Under the pieces are notes generated by a model. The model had not been told where the DNA came from. It worked only from the letters and a program-made list of their open reading frames with translations, and did no database searches. A stretch of DNA of 64,000 nt, from assembly GCA_963753975.1 (NCBI GenBank), contig CAVWEH010000002.1, positions 32,001 through 96,000 of the forward strand, written 5' to 3'. Positions 41,919-52,745 of this stretch are shown in pieces (position 1 is the first letter of the stretch; each line of letters opens with the position of its first letter). The translations under genes and the position numbers were made by a program. The DNA comes from an uncultured delta proteobacterium (lineage in GTDB: Bacteria; Desulfobacterota; Syntrophia; Syntrophales; Smithellaceae).

Positions 41919-42053
41919 CAAAACCAATTTATATGCGGTTTCTTATCGGAAAAACCTGGACTGGTGATTCAGCAAAAGCAACCGTTTAAATATGAGGCAA
42001 TAATATTTCAGATTATCTGTGAACAGGTTGAATTAAGCTGCTAAGAAATCTGT

Positions 42054-42464
42054 CTAAAGCAGGTTGATTTCCATAGCGCGGACAGGGCAGGCGGAAACGC
42101 AAAGCTCACAGCCATTGCATTTTTCGGGATCAAATAAAATTTTTTGCGTCTGCTTTTCGAACGATAAAGCTCCTGTAGAGCAAAAGGCAGTGCACGCTCC
42201 GCAATGAACACACTTATCAATGTTTTGACTGACACTTTTGGATAGGGGTTCGACTTTAAGCCCCATATCCTTTAGAAAACGGATGCCCAGATCAAAGTCT
42301 TCCTTGGAACCGCTTAACTCCAGAACAATAACGCCCTCGCGGCGGGGGAATATCCTCGCCTTAAGAATATTAAAGACAAGATTATATTGTTTAACAAGCT
42401 GATAAATTACCGGCTGCTGAACAATGTCAGGAGTATATCGAATAACAATCTTTTTCGAATACAT
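42054..42464 (-). CDS. NIL domain + 2x[4Fe-4S] ferredoxin protein
   Basis: FNILKA NIL motif; CVHCGAC..C and CNGCELC...CP. Confidence 0.88.
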   Translation of the reverse strand: MYSKKIVIRYTPDIVQQPVIYQLVKQYNLVFNILKARIFPRREGVIVLELSGSKEDFDLGIRFLKDMGLKVEPLSKSVSQNIDKCVHCGACTAFCSTGALSFEKQTQKILFDPEKCNGCELCVSACPVRAMEINLL

Positions 42465-42614
42465 AGTTTCATTATAAAATCATAATATATAATGAAATGT
42501 TAATTTATAGGGTAAGTATTGTCAAGGCAATAGTTGAAAATTCGCATAAATAGTAACCCGTATTATACATCTGAAAATTACATGTACGCGAGATTGTATC
42601 ATGAACTTTCTCGA

Positions 42615-43112
42615 TTAATAATCCGACTGCAAAAGATTTTTCCAATCGAGAAAGGGGAATGTTTTGTGCAGAGAATGATCATCATCTACAAAATGATGAT
42701 CCAATTGCCGGAATAATTTTACGGCAATATTTTTTACGGTAAGCGGATCGACAATATTATCGTAAATTCCATGATAAACAATAACCGGAAGCTGAAGCAT
42801 TCTGTCAGACTTAGGGCTAAACTCGGGAAGATTCAACGCCGGAGCAAGCAGAATCAATTTTTTTACTCGGATTTCGTTTTTCATTGCATATTGGACAGCC
42901 ATTAATCCTCCATAGCTGGATCCTACTATTATCAGGTTAGTCTTTCCGGCGAGCACGGACGAAAGTTTCAGCATGCGTGCGGCAAAATCTCCGGTATAAT
43001 TTTCGATCAGCATCTGGGGAAAACTTTGATGGAAAAATTGCCCTTTAGTGCCTTGCCCCGTACTTTCCAAACCGTGAATAAAGACCAGTGTACTTTCCAT
43101 TTTTTCCCCCAT
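42615..43112 (-). CDS. Alpha/beta hydrolase (YqiA-like)
   Basis: FIHGLES, GSSYGG, LLAPA, DDDH. Confidence 0.82.
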   Translation of the reverse strand: MGEKMESTLVFIHGLESTGQGTKGQFFHQSFPQMLIENYTGDFAARMLKLSSVLAGKTNLIIVGSSYGGLMAVQYAMKNEIRVKKLILLAPALNLPEFSPKSDRMLQLPVIVYHGIYDNIVDPLTVKNIAVKLFRQLDHHFVDDDHSLHKTFPFLDWKNLLQSDY

Positions 43113-43221
43113 TCAGGCTCAGGATTTGCCTGAGAATTAATGCTCTTCGTAAATTAAATTCAATTTTACGTTGCCTGGATTATGGCAGTATGTTAGGACT
43201 CCCGCAAGAGGAGATTTGCTT

Positions 43222-44463
43222 ATGGCTTTAGTTTTACCGTTTAAGGCGATCAGGCCCCAACGTCAATATGCAGGGCGAGTAGCCGCTCTGCCCTACGATG
43301 TCATGACCAGAGAAGAAGCTCAAAAGGCGGTTGCCGGAAATGACCTGAGTTTCATGCACGTGGAAAAATCGGAAATTGATGTGCCGGACGGGACCCGTAG
43401 CGACGATGATCTTATTTACCGCGCGGCAAAAAACAACTTTACCCGGATGAGGGAGAAGGGAATTTTTCTTCAGGAGAAATTTCCCTGCTTTTATATCTAT
43501 CGGCAGCAAATGTGTGCCCAGGTGCAAACCGGAATCGTCGGCGTGATGAGCGCGGCCGAATACGATGAAGGCAAGATCAAAAAACATGAATTGACGAGGA
43601 AGGATAAAGAAGAAGACCGCATCCGTCATGTGGGGATAGTCAATGCACAAACCGGTCCGGTTTTTATCAGTTATGTGGCGCGTTCCCGGATAAATGCAAT
43701 CGTAAAAAAGTTAGTTGCCGGTGAACCAGAATATGATTTTACAGCTGAGGATGGCGTTATCCACACAGCTTGGGTTGTAGCCGATGCCGGACAGATTGAA
43801 CAAATCAAAAAAGAATTTCTGCAGGTCGATGCTCTATACATTGCCGACGGACATCATCGTGCCGCCGCCGCCGCCGCTGTAGCCCGCCAAAGACGAAAAC
43901 CGGATAATGCCGCAGGTTCCATCAGGGAATCTGATATGGTGCTGGCGGTGTTCTTTCCCCATGATCAGTTGAAGGTAATGGATTATAATCGAGCCGTCAA
44001 GGACTTAAACGGATTAACGCCGGAAAAATATCTGGAGAAGATCGCTGCCGGCTTTAAAGTCAATAAAAACTTTGCTGCAAAATCACCGCAGCAGCTGCAC
44101 GATTTCGGCATGTATTTGGGCGGGCAGTGGTATAAGCTGACCATTAAAGATGGAATGTATGATGCAAAAGACCCGGTAGCGAGTCTTGATGCGGCAATAC
44201 TGCAGGATCATCTGCTGGCGCCGGTTTTAGGCATTGCCGACCCGCGCACGGATGACCGCATTAAATTTATCGGCGGCATTCGCGGCATGGCAGAACTGGA
44301 AAAGCTGGTGGACAAAGACGGCTTTGCTGTTGCTTTTTCCTTATATCCGACAACGATGGAACAGATCATGAAGGTAGCTGACTCCGGGGCAATTATGCCG
44401 CCCAAGTCCACCTGGTTTGAACCGAAACTGCGTAGCGGCATGTTTATCCATGATCTTAGCTGA
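43222..44463 (+). CDS. DUF1015 family protein
   Basis: ALPYDV, KKHELT, YIADGHHR, MPPKSTWFEPKLRSG. Confidence 0.9.
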   Translation: MALVLPFKAIRPQRQYAGRVAALPYDVMTREEAQKAVAGNDLSFMHVEKSEIDVPDGTRSDDDLIYRAAKNNFTRMREKGIFLQEKFPCFYIYRQQMCAQVQTGIVGVMSAAEYDEGKIKKHELTRKDKEEDRIRHVGIVNAQTGPVFISYVARSRINAIVKKLVAGEPEYDFTAEDGVIHTAWVVADAGQIEQIKKEFLQVDALYIADGHHRAAAAAAVARQRRKPDNAAGSIRESDMVLAVFFPHDQLKVMDYNRAVKDLNGLTPEKYLEKIAAGFKVNKNFAAKSPQQLHDFGMYLGGQWYKLTIKDGMYDAKDPVASLDAAILQDHLLAPVLGIADPRTDDRIKFIGGIRGMAELEKLVDKDGFAVAFSLYPTTMEQIMKVADSGAIMPPKSTWFEPKLRSGMFIHDLS

Positions 44464-44482
44464 ATAAAACAAAACCAAAATC

Positions 44483-45236
44483 ATGGTAGAAGAAACTCTC
44501 GACGCAATCCTTGATGGTCATTTACGTGTTTTTCAAAAGAAAAGAGGATACAGGTTTTCTCTGGATTCTATTCTTCTTTCGCATTTTGTTATCTTAAAGC
44601 CGCGCGCGTGCGTCCTGGATTTGGGATGCGGCAGCGGCATTATTCTTCTTGTTCTGGTAAAACGTTTCCCGTATATAAATTGTATCGGTTTGGAAATTCA
44701 AGAAGAACTTGCGGCGCTGGCACAAAAAAACGTCGACTTTAATAAGCTGGCACACCGCATAAAGATAGTAGAAGGCGATGCGCGCAAAATTAAAAATATT
44801 TTTCCCTCAAATTCATTTGATGTCGTAATATTTAATCCGCCTTATCGAAAGTTAAGCTCCGGCAGGATTAATCTGCAACTGGAAAAAGCCATCGCCCGCC
44901 ATGAAATTAAAGGCTCTCTGAAGAATTTCATAAAAGCGGCAAGATATTTGCTAAAACCGGAAGGAAAAGTATTTACTATTTATCCGGCGAAAAGATTGGT
45001 CGAACTGATAACGCTTTTCCGTAAAAATTCCATCGAACCGAAAAGAATGAAACCAGTTTATTCTGATAATCTGTCCGCGGCGGAGTTTATTCTGGTCGAG
45101 GGCAGAAAAGGAATGGGGGAAGAACTTAAAATTGAACAACCGCTTTTTATCTATGATCGAGAATAAAAAATATACGGCAGATATGGTAGGCATATTCAGC
45201 GAGCTTGCTCGTTTTCCCAACGCCGCCGGCGATTGA
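44483..45236 (+). CDS. tRNA1(Val) adenine-N6 methyltransferase-like protein (probable 1-nt frameshift near 45158)
   Basis: YRFSLDS, LDLGCGSG, NPPY, IARHE. Removing one base extends FIYD into ENKKYTADMVGIFSEL..., a typical family C-terminus. Confidence 0.82.
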
Positions 45237-45711
45237 TTTCCGCTTGCATCACTCGCTTAAGGATTATGGCCAATTCGCCGTCGGTCAATGACGCGGTACA
45301 TTCCGCTATCATTTTTTTATCTCTTTCTTTTAATAATGAATTTTTTGCCGCAGATATATTTGCATCCGTCCTTGTTTGTGCAAGTTTATGGCCGACTGAA
45401 AAACGTATATCTTTTACGGCAATTTTCCCGGCAAGTTCGTTAAGCTTTTGTAAAATTTCTTCTTTCATGAAATGAAGCTGTTGTACCCATACCGAGGAAG
45501 TTGTTTTGACAAATAAAGTTCCGTTTTTTAAAGAATCAGGTTGTGTTTGTAGGATGATCTGTTGACCGACGGCTTTAGGCCAAAGTTTTATCAGAGAGTT
45601 TTCTTCAATCTTTGCGGCAATGCCCTTTCCTTTAAAGGACGAAAATAAAATTTCGCCTATTGATTGCAATCGAGATTGATTTTTTCTTTTGCGCATCTTT
45701 TTTAGTGGCAC
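45196..45711 (-). CDS. DUF721/DciA family protein
   Basis: W..AVG..I, L.V...SSVW.QQL..MK..I..KLN, IRF.VG. Confidence 0.8.
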   Translation of the reverse strand: MPLKKMRKRKNQSRLQSIGEILFSSFKGKGIAAKIEENSLIKLWPKAVGQQIILQTQPDSLKNGTLFVKTTSSVWVQQLHFMKEEILQKLNELAGKIAVKDIRFSVGHKLAQTRTDANISAAKNSLLKERDKKMIAECTASLTDGELAIILKRVMQAEINRRRRWENEQAR

Positions 45712-45814
45712 AATTCAAAAAAAAGGTCAAGACGGCGGAAAATGGGGCACAGGAAGAGGCAGTCAAATATAACTAAGAGAATATTCTAAAATATCTTGAT
45801 AGTAAACGATTGTT

Positions 45815-47785
45815 TTATTTTGACGCGGTTTTCTGTTCATCCATAATTTTGCGCAATTGGGAGGCGATATCTCGAATGGTAAATGGTTTTTGGATGAATC
45901 CCACACAGCCGCGCTTGATTATTCTGCTTGCCTGTCCGTTTAAACTATAGCCGCTGGAGAGCAAAACTTTTACTTGGGGATTAATTTTTTTTAGTTCGTC
46001 AAAAATCTCTCCACCTCCCATTTCCGGCATTACCATATCGAGGATAACCAAATCGATATTTTCTTTTGAGTTTTTATATAAGTCTATCGCTGATGAACCG
46101 TCTTGAGCGGTTATAATCGTATAGCCTAAGGTTTTTAATAATTCACTGCCAACGGTCAAGATCATTGATTCATCATCAACAAGAAGAATTGTCTCCTTAC
46201 CTTTGGATATAACGTTATCTCTATCAATATCTTTATCTTTATGACGAGTATCCTTTTTGGGAGATGCCGGAAGATAAATATTAAAAGTGGTTCCCTGTCC
46301 TTTTTCGGAGTAAACATTTATAAAACCATTATGGTTCTTGATGATTCCATAAACAGAGGCGAGACCCAGTCCGGTTCCCCGCCCCATTTCCTTGGTCGTA
46401 AAAAAAGGTTCAAAAATTCTTTCTTTTGTTTTTTCATCCATGCCGACACCGGTGTCGGTTACCGAAATTTTTACATAATGACCATTCATGGTTACGTATG
46501 GTTTAAAACGGCTTTCTTCAACAAAAACATTTTTAGTTTCCAAATAAAGATTGCCGCCGCCCGGCATAGCTTGCCAGGCATTGACATAGAGATTGAGCAA
46601 TACTTGCTCAATTTGCCCATGATCGATCTCAACCGGCCAAAGATCATTTTGAAAGTTGCGGTGAATTTTAATTTCTTTTTTAGTGCGACCGATTGTTTCC
46701 GAAGTTTTTTGAATTAATAAGTTTAAATCTACGGTTTTTACCTCATATTTGCCGCCGCGGGCAAAACCAAGAAGTTGTTTGGTTAAATCGGCTCCGCTCA
46801 TGACCAGAGTTTCGATAGTTTTCAGGTGTTCAAAATTAGCATTTTGGGGCTCCATATGCAGAAGTGCCAGTGAGGCATGCCCTTGAATACCCATGAGCAG
46901 GTTGTTAAAATCATGAGCTATACCGCCGGCAAGCGTGCCGATGGATTCCATTTTTTGAGCTTGAAATAGCCGCGCTTCCGTTCTTTTTTGTTTTGTCATG
47001 TTTCTCATGGAATTTAGAATTGCCGGTTCATTATCCCAGTTCATACCCACACTATTGGTTTCCACCCAAAGGGTTACGCCTTGTTTATTTATGATACGAA
47101 AAGAATAATTGATGCTCGGATTTTCCCCCTGCAGACAGCCTTCCTGCAATTCCAGCACCATGTTGCGATCTTCAGAAACAACAAGATTGATGAAGGAAAT
47201 TGATGATAGCTCCTCCATACCGTAACCGATCATTTGCTCGGTATGCAGGTTGGCATACTTTATTTTTCCGTCCATAATAATAAAAATAGCTTCATTGGAA
47301 TTTTCAATAAGCAGACGGTATTTCTCTTCCGATTTGCGCAGTGCCTCTTCGGCTAACCGCCTCTCGGTGATATTTTTGGAGACAATGGCGACAGCGATTA
47401 TTTTTTTATTATCTATGGGATCTCTTACCGGGCTGAAAGTGCGCAAAAAATAGTCGCTTTCACGATGGCTTTGGTGCTCGTCCTGAACGGATTTATTTGT
47501 TGTGTACACTTCTTTGATTCTTTCGGCAAATTCTTTACTTTGTTCGGCGGAATGAAACTCATCGTAGGAATGTCCGATAATATTTTCTAGGGGCAATTTC
47601 AATCTTTGAATGTGGTTATTATTCATAAAAATATAACGGCATTTCTCATCAACCAGATACAAAGAGTCGGTAGTTGAATCGACGAGATAGCGATATTGAT
47701 TCTCAGTATTTTCATACTGCAGAATGTTTCGCTCGAGCTCGGCTATTTTTTGTTCCAGCTCTTCGTAAGTCGGTTTTGATTCCAT
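45815..47785 (-). CDS. PAS-PAS hybrid sensor histidine kinase/response regulator
   Basis: Two PAS domains, AHDFNN, NAWQAM, DTGVGM, GTGLGL, REC with ILDMVMP. Confidence 0.92.
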   Translation of the reverse strand: MESKPTYEELEQKIAELERNILQYENTENQYRYLVDSTTDSLYLVDEKCRYIFMNNNHIQRLKLPLENIIGHSYDEFHSAEQSKEFAERIKEVYTTNKSVQDEHQSHRESDYFLRTFSPVRDPIDNKKIIAVAIVSKNITERRLAEEALRKSEEKYRLLIENSNEAIFIIMDGKIKYANLHTEQMIGYGMEELSSISFINLVVSEDRNMVLELQEGCLQGENPSINYSFRIINKQGVTLWVETNSVGMNWDNEPAILNSMRNMTKQKRTEARLFQAQKMESIGTLAGGIAHDFNNLLMGIQGHASLALLHMEPQNANFEHLKTIETLVMSGADLTKQLLGFARGGKYEVKTVDLNLLIQKTSETIGRTKKEIKIHRNFQNDLWPVEIDHGQIEQVLLNLYVNAWQAMPGGGNLYLETKNVFVEESRFKPYVTMNGHYVKISVTDTGVGMDEKTKERIFEPFFTTKEMGRGTGLGLASVYGIIKNHNGFINVYSEKGQGTTFNIYLPASPKKDTRHKDKDIDRDNVISKGKETILLVDDESMILTVGSELLKTLGYTIITAQDGSSAIDLYKNSKENIDLVILDMVMPEMGGGEIFDELKKINPQVKVLLSSGYSLNGQASRIIKRGCVGFIQKPFTIRDIASQLRKIMDEQKTASK

Positions 47786-47812
47786 TTTCCGTTATATATA
47801 TGAAGTATTTTA

Positions 47813-48343
47813 CTAAACTAATTTTTTCAATTCGGCGAAATAAACTTCATAAACTGGCCGGCTGAAAAGAATATGACGGATAAGCTTTATATTCGTATTG
47901 CTCCGGGCAAATTCAATACATGTTTTCAGCGCCAAACGAGCTGCATCTTCCAGGGGATACCCGTAAATACCGGTGCTTATAGCCGGAAATGAGACGCTTT
48001 GCAATCCTTTTTCTCGGGCGAGTTCCAGGCTTTTTTTATAGGCGCTCTCCAGAAGTAAAGCTTCGCCTTTTGTTCCGCCTTTATAGATCGGCCCGACAGT
48101 GTGGATTACGTATTTAGCCTGGAGATTTCCGCCGGTGGTAATTACGGCCTGACCGGTCGCACAACCGCCAAGGAGACGGCATTCGGCCATGATTTCCGGA
48201 CCTCCGGCGCGATGAATGGCGCCGTCGACACCGGCACCACCAGCCAGGCGCTCATTGGCGGCGTTAACAATGGCATCGGTAGTTTCCTCAGTTATATCGC
48301 CGCAGGCAAGCACTATCAGAGTTTCATTGATTTTTGTCTCCAC
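47813..48343 (-). CDS. Macro domain protein (O-acetyl-ADP-ribose deacetylase, YmdB-like)
   Basis: GDIT, AIVNAAN, GGAGVDGAIH, HTVGP, FPAISTGIYG. Confidence 0.92.
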   Translation of the reverse strand: METKINETLIVLACGDITEETTDAIVNAANERLAGGAGVDGAIHRAGGPEIMAECRLLGGCATGQAVITTGGNLQAKYVIHTVGPIYKGGTKGEALLLESAYKKSLELAREKGLQSVSFPAISTGIYGYPLEDAARLALKTCIEFARSNTNIKLIRHILFSRPVYEVYFAELKKLV

Positions 48344-48480
48344 CGGCTACGTTCTCCTAACATTTTTGATCTCGGGATGATTATTGATCTATATATTAAG
48401 CGAAAGATTGAACAACTGTAAAGAAATACTTTTTGTGAGCGTGGCAAGAAGGCCTTTTTAGTTGAAAATTAAGCTCTTAA

Positions 48481-48912
48481 ATGCTAGAGACTCTACACGT
48501 TGGAATGAGAGAAAGAACCATGGTTACGCTGCAAAATAGAAAAGACAAGCAACAAGATAATTTGTGCGAAGAACTGTTGCGGGAAAGAGCGGCAGTTTTG
48601 AGTCGCGCGGGTACGGCCGTAAGCGATGCCATCGATCGCCTGATGCGCCTGGATGGGGAAATCGAAAAGAAAACATCTTTTTTAAAGGCGCTAATAAGAA
48701 ACAAAAATAAACGGGAAATATTGCAGGAAGAAAAAATGATCTGCGAAGAAATCAATTTAAGCATTGATCAATTCAACGCTATCTGTCAAAAAGCGCAACT
48801 TCAATATTATTATTTGATTGTTACCCGGGAAGCGCTGGGATTAAGGCGGCATGAAATGATTCAGGAAATTTACCGAATTCCGCCGGAAAAGAAAAAAATA
48901 AAGGTCGGTTAA
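48481..48912 (+). CDS. Hypothetical helical protein
   Basis: Open frame overlapping the pcm start (TAATG); LIVTREALGL motif; start uncertain. Confidence 0.65.
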   Translation: MLETLHVGMRERTMVTLQNRKDKQQDNLCEELLRERAAVLSRAGTAVSDAIDRLMRLDGEIEKKTSFLKALIRNKNKREILQEEKMICEEINLSIDQFNAICQKAQLQYYYLIVTREALGLRRHEMIQEIYRIPPEKKKIKVG

Positions 48913-49565
48913 TGGATAGATATAAAAAACAGCGAATACGGATGGTAGAAACGCAGCTAAAGACGCGTGACATAATCGACACTCGCGTATTGAAAGTAAT
49001 GGCAAGCAGTCCGCGGCATCTTTTTGTTGATGAAGGTCTGATCGATCAAGCATACAATGACAACCCCCTTCCTATCAGTGAAAAACAAACCATTTCCCAG
49101 CCCTATATAGTCGCCCTCATGACCCAGGCGCTGGAATTAAAAGGAAAGGAAAGAGTCTTAGAAATCGGCACCGGTTCCGGTTATCAGACAGCGATTTTAG
49201 CTTCTTTGGCCTTTCGCGTTTTTTCCATCGAACGAATTGCCGCGCTGGCGGCAAAGGCGCGTAAAATTCTCGATCAGTTGAATTATTACAATGTGGCCAT
49301 CAGGGTCGGAGATGGTTCCTACGGCTGGAAAGAAGAAGCTCCTTTTGATGCCATTATAACTACGGCCGCAGCGCCGGAAATTCCTCAACACCTGATCGAG
49401 CAGCTTGTGATCGGCGGGAGACTTGTTGTACCGGTCGGTAACCGCGATGTGCAAACTTTATATAAATTGACTCGTCTTTCGGAGAATCCGCAAGAGGTAA
49501 TAAAAGAGGACTTGGGCGGGTGCCGTTTTGTAAGCTTGATCGGGGAGAGCGGATGGAAAGATTAA
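48912..49565 (+). CDS. pcm: Protein-L-isoaspartate O-methyltransferase
   Basis: QTISQPYIVA, LEIGTGSGYQ, GDGSYG, APFD. Confidence 0.95.
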   Translation: MDRYKKQRIRMVETQLKTRDIIDTRVLKVMASSPRHLFVDEGLIDQAYNDNPLPISEKQTISQPYIVALMTQALELKGKERVLEIGTGSGYQTAILASLAFRVFSIERIAALAAKARKILDQLNYYNVAIRVGDGSYGWKEEAPFDAIITTAAAPEIPQHLIEQLVIGGRLVVPVGNRDVQTLYKLTRLSENPQEVIKEDLGGCRFVSLIGESGWKD

Positions 49566-50512
49566 AGCATTTATTATTTTCCAGTCTTTTAATATTTATA
49601 GCTTTGCTATTTATTTCTTCTTGTTCCGGTACCCCGGTGCAAAGGGAGCCGGCAAAGGGAGTTTACCACCGGGTGAAAAATGGTGAAACGGCATGGAGCA
49701 TTGCCCGTGCTTATCGCATAAAATTACAGGACTTGACGGAAATAAACGATATCAGTGATCCCAATTTGCTTAAAGAAGGAGCTATTGTATTTATTCCCGG
49801 AGCCAATCAAGTAATTGATGATGTTATGCCCTATGTAAAGAATTTGGATGCGACGTCTAAAACCGCAGTCCAAACCGATGTGCCTGATGAGGTTAAAGGT
49901 TCGGCGGAAATTATTAACGAGGAAAAAGGAAAATCTTCGAGTGAAACTAAACCCGTTGCGGATAAAAAGTTAGAAACACCGGCAGCGTCATCGGCAATAC
50001 CGCAGGAAACGAAGATTGAACATCGTGATGAATTGAAGCAGGTTGCTGTAACTCCGGCAATAAAACTTCCTGGCGAAAAAATTGAAGCAGAACCTAAAGC
50101 AAAATCGCGAGTGGTAGAAAAGGAACAAATTAAATTAGAAAAGAAATTATTTATTTGGCCGGTGAACGGAAGAGTAAAGACGCGTTTTGGCATTCAGCCT
50201 AATAAAACTTTCCATAATTGGATTAAAATCGTTTCGGTCGCAGGAAGCGAGGTTAAAGCTGCCGCTTCCGGCGACGTTATTTTTTCTTCGAAATTAAAAG
50301 GCTATGGACAGACAGTTATAGTTCGCCACGAAAATAATTTCACTACTGTCTATACTCATCTGAAAAAAATAAACGTCAAGGCGGATCAAAATCTAAAAAA
50401 AGGAGAAAAGATTGCTCTGGTTGGGGACATAGACAAGACCGGAGACGCCTATATAAATTTTGAAATCCGTTTACAGGGCAAAGCACGCAACCCATTATTT
50501 TTCCTGCCTTGA
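49553..50512 (+). CDS. LysM + M23 lipoprotein (NlpD-like)
   Basis: Lipobox ISSC, LysM (VKNGET..SIA), C-terminal M23 fold (FIWPV, YTHL, FEIR); follows pcm. Confidence 0.85.
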   Translation: MERLKHLLFSSLLIFIALLFISSCSGTPVQREPAKGVYHRVKNGETAWSIARAYRIKLQDLTEINDISDPNLLKEGAIVFIPGANQVIDDVMPYVKNLDATSKTAVQTDVPDEVKGSAEIINEEKGKSSSETKPVADKKLETPAASSAIPQETKIEHRDELKQVAVTPAIKLPGEKIEAEPKAKSRVVEKEQIKLEKKLFIWPVNGRVKTRFGIQPNKTFHNWIKIVSVAGSEVKAAASGDVIFSSKLKGYGQTVIVRHENNFTTVYTHLKKINVKADQNLKKGEKIALVGDIDKTGDAYINFEIRLQGKARNPLFFLP

Positions 50513-50589
50513 AAAATTTTTCCTAACTCTTGCCTGAAACAAAAAAGTAGTTATATTAATGCCCGTTGTTATTTTAATGAGGCAAAAAG

Positions 50590-51732
50590 ATGGAAAATTG
50601 TTTTGAGCAGGGACCAATTCGTCCCCCCAGCGAGGCAACAAGCCTTTTAATTCGTGTAACCAGAAATTGTCCATGGAATAAGTGTGCCTTTTGTCACACT
50701 TATCGCGGCACTAAGTTTGAATTGCGCAGCGTAGAAGAAGTTAAGAGGGATATCCAGGCGATGAGGAACTTTGCCGATCAAATTGTCGATCTTTCCGGGA
50801 AATTGGGGGAGGGCGGCCGCGTCAACAGGAATGTGCTGAAGCAGATATCTAATGACAAATTCTATAATGATTTTTTTCAAACGGTGGCGGTTTGGCTTTA
50901 TTTCGGCGGTGAAAATGTTTTTTTGCAAGATGCCAATTCGTTAGTTGCGAAAACTGCCGATCTGGTGGCTATTCTTGATTTTCTGAGGGAAAAGTTTCCG
51001 CAAATAAAGAGGATCACAACATACTGTCGTTCACACACGGCGGCGAGGAAGACTGTAAGTGAATTGGAACAATTAAGGAAAGCAGGCCTTTCGCGTATTC
51101 ATGTGGGTATGGAAAGCGGCAGTGATGAAGTCTTGGCCTTAATTAATAAAGGTGTAAAGGCAATCGATCATATTAAAGCCGGTCAAAATATCAGGCAAGC
51201 CGGAATTGAACTGAGCGAATATTTCATGCCCGGATTGGGAGGCGCAAAGTATACTACTCAGCACGCGTTGGAGACAGCCAGAGTCATGAACGCTATCAAT
51301 CCCGATTTCATCCGGTTAAGAACATTGCATGTCGTACCGGGCACAGAGCTAGAGGCCATAGTTAAAAACGGTGAATTCCAACCTTCGGGTGATGAGGACA
51401 TCCTCAGAGAAATCCGGTTGTTTATCGAAAATCTGGAAGTCAAAGGAAGTCATCTGGTTAGCGATCATATTTTAAACCTGCTGGAAGAATTGGAAGGTAC
51501 CTTCCCTGAAGATAAACCTAAAATTTTATCATTGATTAAAAGATATTTTGACTTGTCTGAGAAAGAACGGCTGATTTTTCGTTTGGGAAGGCGTAGCGGC
51601 GCGATAAGAAAACTGGATGAGCTTGATGATAAAGAAACTTTTTTAAGGCTGAAAGCGGTAGTTGACAATTATGCCGCGGAAGGAGGCAATTTAGAAGAAG
51701 ACATGGTTAAAATAATGAATAATTTTATTTAG
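50590..51732 (+). CDS. Radical SAM protein of unknown function
   Basis: GPIRPPSEA, CPWNKCAFC, FLQDA, GMESG, SDHILN. Confidence 0.85.
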   Translation: MENCFEQGPIRPPSEATSLLIRVTRNCPWNKCAFCHTYRGTKFELRSVEEVKRDIQAMRNFADQIVDLSGKLGEGGRVNRNVLKQISNDKFYNDFFQTVAVWLYFGGENVFLQDANSLVAKTADLVAILDFLREKFPQIKRITTYCRSHTAARKTVSELEQLRKAGLSRIHVGMESGSDEVLALINKGVKAIDHIKAGQNIRQAGIELSEYFMPGLGGAKYTTQHALETARVMNAINPDFIRLRTLHVVPGTELEAIVKNGEFQPSGDEDILREIRLFIENLEVKGSHLVSDHILNLLEELEGTFPEDKPKILSLIKRYFDLSEKERLIFRLGRRSGAIRKLDELDDKETFLRLKAVVDNYAAEGGNLEEDMVKIMNNFI

Positions 51733-52084
51733 GTATTGAATGCATTTTATAAGAGATTTTACACGTGTATTGCCATTGATTTAATCTGAATATTAATTAC
51801 CATTATTTGGTATAAATGCGGTTCCAGCTTTTCACTAAGAATTGCATTTTTTAAAAATCGTTCCGATTTTCTCCGCAGTTAAAAATAAAAAATCAAAAAC
51901 GATTAAATTTAGGAAAATTCAATTCCAATATCAAGGACATATTCGGATTATGAATATCAGGAATATCGCTTATATTTCAGCCATATTTGATTGGTCAATT
52001 ATTGATAAAGCTATTGGTCATTGACTATAAGGCCAATTAGTGATAAATATCTCTTTTCGTCATAGAAAGGCAGGAGAATAAAAA

Positions 52085-52570
52085 ATGTTCAAAGTAGGGG
52101 ATTTGGCGGTATATCCGGCACAAGGTGTCGGAGTCATTGAAGCTATTGAAAACAGGGAAGTAATGGGCAAGAAGCAGCCCTTCTACATTATGAAGATTAT
52201 GGGAAATGGCATGAAAATAATGATTCCCACGAATAGTGCCAAAGCTGTTGGTCTGCGCGAAGTTATATTGGAAAAAGAAATACCCAAAGTATTTGAAATA
52301 TTGCGAAATAAGGATGTTACTATAGACAAACAAACCTGGAATAAACGTTACCGGGAATACCTGGAAAAAATTAAGACAGGTTCGGTATTTGAAATAGCAA
52401 GTGTTTTGCGTGACTTATTTATTTTGAAGAGCGATAAGAATCTTTCGTTCGGTGAAAGAAAAATGATGGATACAGCTAAGAATTTGCTGGTCAAAGAAAT
52501 ATCCGTGGCTACGAATAAACAGGAAGCTAAGGTTGAGCAAGACTTGCAAATGATTTTCACCGTACAATAA
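52085..52570 (+). CDS. carD: CarD/CdnL family transcription factor
   Basis: FKVGD.AVYPAQGVG, WNKRYR, LSFGERKM. Confidence 0.9.
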   Translation: MFKVGDLAVYPAQGVGVIEAIENREVMGKKQPFYIMKIMGNGMKIMIPTNSAKAVGLREVILEKEIPKVFEILRNKDVTIDKQTWNKRYREYLEKIKTGSVFEIASVLRDLFILKSDKNLSFGERKMMDTAKNLLVKEISVATNKQEAKVEQDLQMIFTVQ

Positions 52571-52745
52571 TAGATTGCTCATTAAGAAAACGTTCTTTGA
52601 AAATTGAAGATAAGTTAATTGCCTTTCCTTTTTTTGATGGAAAACCGCAAAAGTTACCTCCGTTTTAAATATCGAACGATTAATGGTTATGAAAAGGATG
52701 AGAAAAAAATATATAGCATAGTAAATTGAAAGGAGGTGAAAGGGA

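Noticed and set aside
43860..43878. (GCC)n run as a contingency repeat
   Set aside because: In-frame poly-Ala after the GHHR motif of DUF1015; ordinary coding sequence.
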